Shown piece after piece: positions 16,701 through 20,000 of a stretch of DNA of 20,000 nt; position 1 is the stretch's first letter; the number at the start of each line of letters is the position of its first letter. The translations under genes were made by a program, and so were the position numbers. The notes beneath the pieces are model-generated. The model searched no databases and was not told the origin of the DNA. It saw nothing but the letters and a program-made list of their open reading frames with translations. This DNA comes from an uncultured virus (IMG/VR IMGVR_UViG_3300045912_000307) (taxonomy: Duplodnaviria; Heunggongvirae; Uroviricota; Caudoviricetes), in IMG/VR virus record IMGVR_UViG_3300045912_000307; one strand, 5' to 3'.

Positions 16701-18511
16701 AAACTAAGTTTGTATTAAACAAAGATGTAAATCTTCTTAAAGCATCTGCTACAAATCCTAACAGTGAAACTAACAAGAAAATCATCGAGACTATTGAAAA
16801 CTGGACTGATGAAGTAGATCCTAATAAACTTAACATTTCAGTAAGTAGTGATGGATTTATTACTGCTACTCATCCTATAACTGTTACAAAAGCTAATAAA
16901 GCTGAACAAAAAGAAGGTATAATAAATTCTAATTTTGAATTAGTATTCATATTTGATTCTAAAGGTAACTTGATTAGTATAAAAGAAGAGTCTTTAAAAC
17001 TGAATTTAGCTGGTAAAAATAAACAGCTAGAGATAAAAGAAGAAACTGATACTCCTACATTAATTAAGTTTATAGAAAAAAATAAAAAGAATTATGAAAA
17101 ACTATTAGAAAAAGTAAATAAATCTAATTTAAATACTAATCCTCTTAATGCTCTTAAAGACAAAATTCAAACAGCTAAAGAAGTAAAAGTAGGATCTTTG
17201 TTTAAAGATTCAATTGAAGATTTTACTAAGACTTTAAAACCTTTTGATAAAGACCAAGCTTTAAATAATTTGTTAGTAACTGCTCCGCCTCAAACAAAAG
17301 TATTAATTTATAGTAAAACAGAAGGTAAAAAAACAGTAGAACAAAATAAGACTAATAGGAAAGATTCTAAAAAAGAAGAAACTACTGAAAATCAATCTAA
17401 GCTAGAATTAAAAGATTCTAAAGATCCTAATTTTACAGTTAAAGAATCAGCATTAAAAGATTCTCATAAAGAAGTATTAAAACTATTAGTAGGAGCTTTA
17501 TTTGCTAATGAAGGTAAAGTGAACTTGACTATAGTTAAAAATATAACTAATGAAAATATAGAAGGAACAGTTGATTTATCTAATCCTAATAACCCTGTTA
17601 TTAGACTTTATAAACCTGAAAACGTTAGTAGTAGTAATGATTTAGATGATAATGAATTATTTGTTGTTGCTCATGAGTTAATACATATTGCTGATTATAG
17701 AAAAAATAAAAGCTTTGATTTAGATCCAGAAAGATATGCTGATGTCATACTATTTAGAAATATAGCTTTAACTTCTTTTTTAACAAATACACCAGAAGGT
17801 AGTATAGATGATATGAGAGAAGTTGCTTATGCTTTACTGGGTAAAAGAAAACAAGATGGTAAAATTGCTAATGAGCATGATTTGATGTTATTAAAAGAAT
17901 TATTAGAGACTGTTAGCTTACAAGAGTTTTTAGAATACGTTGAAAAGAACTATAGTAATAACGAGTTTATTCCTAATATGATGAATAAAAAGTTCTTTAC
18001 TAAGTTCTTATTAGATACTAAACTAGACTCCAATTTCACTCAATCAGATTTAGGAAAATTATGGGCAGGTTATCCTTTTACGCAATCTCAGTTAGATTTA
18101 ATTAAAGCTGAAAATGCTGGTTCAATTAAATATGGTCAAGGATCTTTGTTTAATATAATATACAGTGCATTAATGGCTGTATTACAAAGATTAGTAGGTA
18201 GTGAACATCCTTTTAACAGTAACAGAAGTATATTACAAAAAGCTGTAGTATCATATACGTTTGCTACTATGAATGTTAAACCTGTTATAACTAAATCTAA
18301 GAAAGAAAAAGTAGATCCTGTAATTCAAGCTGAAAAAGAGTTTTTAAAACAACACTCTAATTATACTAATCAAAAAGTTGATAGCATTAAGACTATGATT
18401 CAAAATAAATCTAATGGTTTAAGTTCATTGCCTGATGAAGAGATTATTAATTTTATAAAACATCAAATCTCAACCAATGATAAGAGTATAATAACTTATG
18501 AGTGTATTTAA
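4703..18511 (+). CDS. Giant virion cargo/ejection polyprotein (4602 aa) with membrane-like N-terminal segments, long coiled coils and a C-terminal zincin-like domain
   Basis: Uninterrupted 13.8-kb ORF. Gly/Ala-rich hydrophobic stretches at about 5200-6270, E/K/L-rich heptad-like sequence at about 7300-12900, and HELIH at 17672-17686. Size and organisation resemble giant genes of the crAss-like RNAP/cargo cluster. Confidence 0.75.
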   Translation: MNEDILNKIAEDQKEYDQFLKSQQEKLQGSIPPPSSTGEIGNVGSNAPFIPKVPKEVTYQQSVNNYFNSTSIEDQMKELEDVLAKKKELEQLQEMYKEDKWGVDWKKRYEDEGSGPSSASTIFDSDYAEYDRLRVTDRRDPEYLQEQLAANQSTSEQLGRGLNKLFWNTLYQTVGGIGAMFDFEDHFNQDDEVGNWLTDWANKQQQAVDDANKIYKSNNRSWSSLAWWIDNGVNLASSMLSFAAQGAALGYALSPLKFVQFLSKGKKLAETAAAAEKSGKLLKAAQKFEDGAKTFITSAMLNQAESIMSATDVYSRTYKEAIDRGYSDEYARKVAAASATQTIAVNKANIMLNLTSANMFTRGFKSVADAYKQSLWKQSLKEAIQESAEELINMKAEKAGEEIAKTYMDNSFFSGPDKIQIGDLKITPETARYNAQAEANKTDVRYKAQDLGIFTPMVQSMYNSKTGNFNPFYNIEAGEALETVFWGALGGAGQTAIVKGGLDKLGSSEGFLSKIPGVGALNEKLFGSEIHKVAEEDVYDPYSGTLLFRKGEPMYETQNATYKENQAYQEGDIITEDIKDKDGNVILKVEKDDQGKPIPTSITEEQAANLAKANVYKHKAGDVITREVYDENGVLKEVITAKELKLDEKGQPILVKEVGKDGKPRKYSKSEMEEINYQRQLAKESEMKSQAVAQAKLIASAELKRAVDDVNTQLEELRSRNWENKEDQKDFLLTKLSKNIAAVELATEGNTNITTEMLEAKEKEIRAKLEDPSFDLNELNAIQTKYAALSHYNTTLNAIDNGQEEMLLRIWDDIGKMTKEQAAEKGLPDNYAEVAEQQKAEIKRISNIYYSNRMKKGYAVGRAATMNRLRYEQNEKILSKINDDIDKRHDEAFQRYLKYNKVPKELELEHREKFNEMIQKRRKLDEELENDPELNKIAKEIEDLKKKRNELEEKIKQEAENRKKKEDVALKEKQIQEAKAKLLDDLKKALAAELARPPEEQDKEKINNLKNDIKIAEEAGRPASAARAEKLKELKDKLQQEKAKPEEQQDKDLINDLNESIDILEALEKEEQIEKRTIKTIKERSKKIKEELDEIQEQIKVLEAESEATRSEEDNNKLKELKTKEKALKRTKRILDNLSKIYVEASQENVDINNLAKELAKVNQQIQAKNAEKFNKETSIKNAADRQLKALGLPPHMHKFAQDVDKAFYARKKIIKEQDYLNKVFQRLDTDGMKVEQERQYRQYQNRMRSVAYVQQLNTLRRFQAAGGGIAYYPPITFQQETGRMNEDGTPETKTVKGTLQTPIIMKIVTKDGKLYMQPTNLNTMTMTTQQAAIYEKVVIPGREQEFYATLEALNALKKEFKDYQKSIEESTQDEKERKRVFFSDELVKSYQENIKELQERLNSLKLFRVSTAKEVEGSNFEGIAIVTPSSTRVSQLLVTDGMTFRKKVKSEDGKYTEQDVPVEGNGIKAGTTITYTYTNINNETVTKEYKLRRGKRAGDKEIMVESEESSILIPVSYNVVMSSSPVNSKEKKKLLREQEAIEAMTMRQARILQTQYALNQRLIEIDKEQRDKIEEDQRISESIEALLKIYNDYIINYDFTASDEELQKLDEELKKTYIAIKQAFIKYGDATLKSSFDTYIKELDALTADIKEMNALIRAGASHIRTINGTIKSIEDRQAKIKEEKIKLEELQLEAEIQLEEYEKNLQKNSKLIEQLTKDRANLEARIAEIEQSAKGAKSQKAKATISAFKKQIDAIDEQLNELYTKNVIEGFEASEQVKQYEKAVVELEIEYSKLESEKEKAKITLGELKESIKKNQKKKAEIAKERAEKSKELDALKEIGTTSNYLAVQESFNKNFLAYEKQIENANNTVRELQLSITRAEQILTVVDLDRAYQNFYVKGIEAINARVKKAIENGDTTVDGIDISEIKMINAMTKSMIERLNKKKEEIIKMEGLAATKQKELHRTNKKDPKYPKLKQELSDLRAEIKAARAEAKNIKNLIEENRQEIDKKIKEKITLNKEDFFKEIMKTSGVTQNMINLYNEGKLDELKKAMFPKIVEEFVTEDGDVEVVAESDEEYNERLSTINIHEHENFGKLSVFAMLQQEDIPDTVVTEGISDMKAFVNDLVDKVKNRINQKIDLENKLKEELETKKEEWIKANPAFLFIKEKDLEKFIITEETKEKLGTQIRNAYNLFSQTVDILAKRKKAIQERIEELDREVNGPGGIVEQFARLTALQESLAEDAKLYKEGKAEEEFYKKYTIKNQAELYVSLAKDIEEYNKKLEMLKADLANHEKEIQILEALMSSLDPQEQQVEYDNAKAKVEALNEAINKINSEYENINSDLEKAKLQRFDIALLYSFIPEETRMLHEKREFVNNNRQVLDDLIAQRSELYQKRAALENVYTKVRKGRKTLVVTTKDRIARNKELLNQLIEELKQQVSLANDVSLSVNLKEQVSSTINDLEKQIALNEKASLKLLNEIDKLKLSELTEQNIELIASKKQAFNEINAKLETLKSDLNIYKKMLELPMGDISISNREAIIKKITGQSADEIKLNDSETTVANFIETLKGFIESDERNLELYNQQIQELDEKLKEVGKNLVLTTTRNEVDPISSARTAERIIKSKSAIALYKNKLEKEQAKLEALEKELDAKKKEQEANREALKDANQKPQSTPSEKLLKDKEVKEANDKVTLTKRELAILYGKIKTTKRNIAKYRKDLIKATENYNSFFNVTLQEEAIQAQNLLLIQDIARISGGELYDGFNYSGRNDANELQPGGSRSSTFALEGYHAKSKDTIFATANAFTLWDGTSKVYNEKGIPIVTKDIHQVNFLNALADLADNNFSEFNENHVLQVVNPTSLGSEDPSINYLSKLPFYDEDGTSTMTIGEMNKKEAKNLGLYVVIANKKGEWLYKMEDGSYEYHSIPPDKGMPIFTTFASEKRVDYLDNNAFKKKIEELTGSKTIQGVHIINGVKYDLSTKEKELEFYKDPNHPLKKALRVIIKNELTAFRNRVIHESMVGNKVFTKIEQTRVGGLLRRQKQNLVVDTKDGAKTLRVADVRPVNIHNIKEVTVDKRSDKKGMVIVTDDKGTEIDVYGRKMNSNEIVAAMFLIAHATSHEEGLKKLNNSIIINDVEYPVLNTKNNPNGLLNSLMHWTGKPGEDIPKTAIWVEKGAINFAFGNKTSFITINNLKKLVQFIKDNIQDITNENGEIDLNLLNDRVKNLQDNRGMQQFIAYMQNKRVNVVADKLNKNEPYFKPVIENGNLSVKEYPSYKEYLINEVLVTDVIPVSELQDQGLTTNKGNSYITFKGLSTSPDMKNTVKITVEKYINKEGIPFQNGETVIVNRTLKDGEVEQFQSMLVLKDGRWFIYHNNEYIDVAKDPNLSIEKYTEEDEEDVIANQNSDSPSPKSELKPFGKLKFNERAEAIDKATPIKFQINNQNTIEVDGAKIVFKTSQENIQKFIETGEGLSDKEVVAEVNQKTTHNGKTVNTSYKLIYDSGSKLIIIDPTSVTVDGKDFTKFREENANIVSLDDLNKNLTFSDGSVYNLNDNVIPGVAGFDLYLKQQIKQALENIAKKYNKTYEEILSFAKSINNVEKDNLDNLIKNTKPEDYQLVQDILRILRGDDINVGLKLLLADSKGNSLYGFNPNTLDSTALPSVLRPSILTLGFSEDSKAQYTVPTKNELVARISYALSNNLGYFEATETSIGNATDITKERGSVILDDGALEYQASDSMVFYDPNQNRTKVAIPPSVYVIYATAVSTGDPKIRLSNTMDNLISVLNNARHGIVTKADINEKLREVFKTQDDSKTKNDKEKENAQTKESEVKEVNIVPSKFEFRDLNSVDAQILDNPIDALLNELNNDQESFVAIRKQTSNKTSKDPVTIEDLIELDNLIKNDKITDPLDKANVLAILDKFKSLDLSNMTLSSEFDISENSEDIELLRNLFEAYYRDNEYINDKENKIEEILEAINELRAILSKENNSVATITTTDDNVNVIIDGKVYETKFVLNKDVNLLKASATNPNSETNKKIIETIENWTDEVDPNKLNISVSSDGFITATHPITVTKANKAEQKEGIINSNFELVFIFDSKGNLISIKEESLKLNLAGKNKQLEIKEETDTPTLIKFIEKNKKNYEKLLEKVNKSNLNTNPLNALKDKIQTAKEVKVGSLFKDSIEDFTKTLKPFDKDQALNNLLVTAPPQTKVLIYSKTEGKKTVEQNKTNRKDSKKEETTENQSKLELKDSKDPNFTVKESALKDSHKEVLKLLVGALFANEGKVNLTIVKNITNENIEGTVDLSNPNNPVIRLYKPENVSSSNDLDDNELFVVAHELIHIADYRKNKSFDLDPERYADVILFRNIALTSFLTNTPEGSIDDMREVAYALLGKRKQDGKIANEHDLMLLKELLETVSLQEFLEYVEKNYSNNEFIPNMMNKKFFTKFLLDTKLDSNFTQSDLGKLWAGYPFTQSQLDLIKAENAGSIKYGQGSLFNIIYSALMAVLQRLVGSEHPFNSNRSILQKAVVSYTFATMNVKPVITKSKKEKVDPVIQAEKEFLKQHSNYTNQKVDSIKTMIQNKSNGLSSLPDEEIINFIKHQISTNDKSIITYECI
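17657..17695 (+). other. HExxH zinc metallopeptidase (zincin) motif within the giant protein
   Basis: LFVVAHELIHIAD, preceded by the beta-like 'IEGTVDLS...VIRLY' and followed downstream by candidate third-ligand Glu residues (QEFLEY, NEFIPN). Confidence 0.65.
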
Positions 18512-20000
18512 TGGCTACGTGTAATTATAAATATAATGGTAAAATATATACTGATTTAAGTTCTCTTGTAGAAGCTATCAAAAGGAGTGGATTATCCACT
18601 CCTCCTTCTACAATTCAAAATACTAATGATAGTATTGTTAATGTATTAGAGTCTTTTATAAAACAATTTCCAGCTGAAGGTTTAAGTTCAAATGAATTTA
18701 AAGCTCTTTTAGAAAAACTAAAATCTAGTTATGATACTAAAAATGATAATAAAAGAATTCAAGCTTTAAATTTATTTATTGAACAAGCTAGAAAAAATTT
18801 GATAGATATAGATTTAGACACGGGTACAATAATGTTAAAAGAAAATATAAACTTAGATGATATAAAATACGAACTAAGTTTTACAGAATCAGAAGATACT
18901 CCTCTTTCTATAAAAAGAACAATTAAAACCGAATCTATGACTTCTTTGCAAGATAAACTAGACGGTATTAATCGAGATAATCCAGCTGTTATTAGTGAAG
19001 TTTTAAGTATTTATGACTCTTCTATTACAAAAGCAGAGTTGCTCAAATTGTTAATGAATGATAAGAAAAAATTTGATTTTTATAAAGAACAAGCTAAAGA
19101 AATTGTAGAAGAAGTACTAGCTGATAAGTATAAAAAAGAAGAAGAATTACAAATGTATTCTCTTTCTGATTTTAAGTTTACAGGAGTAAGTGATCGAATT
19201 ACGATTAAAGAATTAGTATCTATTGTTGAAGGACTAGATTATTACCTATTTAAAGCTTTAACTGAAAGCTTATCAGTATCAGATACTCAAATACTTTATG
19301 AAGATAGTTATTTAATTGCTAAAGACAACTTAATAAAGCATTTAGAAAGATTACATGAAATGACTTCATTAGAAGAAAATAGTGTATATAAAGAAATAAT
19401 TGAGAAAATACTACAGAATGATAGCAATTGGAGAAAATTAATGAAAATTCATTCAAGAAAACTATCTCAATTTTCTATTTCAGTTAATGAAGATGTATTT
19501 GACGAAGAAGATGCTGGTAGAGAAAATAATATTGGTGATAATGTAGCTTTTGAATTTGATACTAAAGATAGTTTACCAAGAATTATTAAACTATATTTAG
19601 CATCAATACCTTACATGACTTATAATAATGGTAAATACATACCTCAAAGAAATGAATTAGGTTTATATAAACTACCTAATTTTAATCACATATACAATAC
19701 TGTAGCTAAATTGTTAAGTAATAGACCTGCTAATCTAGATGATATGTTAGAAGCTTTACGTATTAGAGCAGAAGATGAAAGAGTATCTAGTGATACAGGT
19801 TTTGTTGAAAAAATATATAATGATTTGCTAGCAAGAAAGAATAAGCTAGATCAAATGATTCAAAATCCTAGTGCTTTTCAAAAAGAAGATGTACATGCTG
19901 AAGTATCTTTTATTAATAAGTTTATTCAATCTTTTTCTAAACATACTCCAAAGTTTGTTGTACACAACTTAGAAGGTAATGAATTTAATATTGTTCAACA
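18511..20000 (+). CDS. Second giant protein, 3'-truncated (at least 496 aa); candidate N-terminal part of a crAss-like virion RNA polymerase
   Basis: Not in the ORF track because it has no stop in the window. The ATG overlaps the upstream stop (TAATG, 18509-18513). Manual translation MATCNYKYNGKIYTDLSSLVEAIK... is open to the window end with the same codon style. The RNAP identity is inferred from position and a remembered resemblance of the segment 'FEFDTKDSLPRIIKLYLASIP...NELGL'; no catalytic motif is visible. Confidence 0.6.
   Translation, partial: MATCNYKYNGKIYTDLSSLVEAIKRSGLSTPPSTIQNTNDSIVNVLESFIKQFPAEGLSSNEFKALLEKLKSSYDTKNDNKRIQALNLFIEQARKNLIDIDLDTGTIMLKENINLDDIKYELSFTESEDTPLSIKRTIKTESMTSLQDKLDGINRDNPAVISEVLSIYDSSITKAELLKLLMNDKKKFDFYKEQAKEIVEEVLADKYKKEEELQMYSLSDFKFTGVSDRITIKELVSIVEGLDYYLFKALTESLSVSDTQILYEDSYLIAKDNLIKHLERLHEMTSLEENSVYKEIIEKILQNDSNWRKLMKIHSRKLSQFSISVNEDVFDEEDAGRENNIGDNVAFEFDTKDSLPRIIKLYLASIPYMTYNNGKYIPQRNELGLYKLPNFNHIYNTVAKLLSNRPANLDDMLEALRIRAEDERVSSDTGFVEKIYNDLLARKNKLDQMIQNPSAFQKEDVHAEVSFINKFIQSFSKHTPKFVVHNLEGNEFNIVQ

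Noticed and set aside
18499..18513. Frameshift fusion between the two giant ORFs
   Set aside because: The -1 frame is open for only three codons before the ATG, and there is no canonical slippery motif or downstream structure. The TAATG overlap is explained by ordinary translational coupling.
1..20000. CRISPR arrays, tRNA/rRNA genes, IS elements, inteins
   Set aside because: No regularly spaced repeats or RNA-gene patterns were seen, and there is almost no non-coding space. There are no transposase motifs, and no intein-type Cys-start/His-Asn-end or LAGLIDADG blocks were noticed.

Overview
This is an AT-rich, A-skewed, fully co-directional (+ strand) block of bacteriophage genes. It most resembles the virion cargo / ejection-protein and virion RNA polymerase module of crAss-like (Crassvirales-type, Bacteroidota-infecting) podoviruses; that assignment is an inference from gene size, order and motifs. 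In order it holds: a 5'-truncated HNH-like endonuclease, a long intergenic inverted repeat, a 1146-aa putative ejection protein, a DUF3380-type muramidase ORF, a 4602-aa giant protein, and a 3'-truncated giant ORF absent from the ORF track. The 4602-aa protein has Gly/Ala-rich hydrophobic N-terminal segments, long coiled coils and a C-terminal HExxH zincin motif. The truncated ORF is possibly the virion RNAP. Two signals stand out. (1) A candidate programmed -1 ribosomal frameshift at 3906-3964 (A_AAG before the stop, then a GC-rich stem/pseudoknot) would add the muramidase to a fraction of the 1146-aa protein. (2) About 6,500 residues of virion proteins appear cysteine-free except for two Cys on either side of the TAATG junction between the two giant genes.
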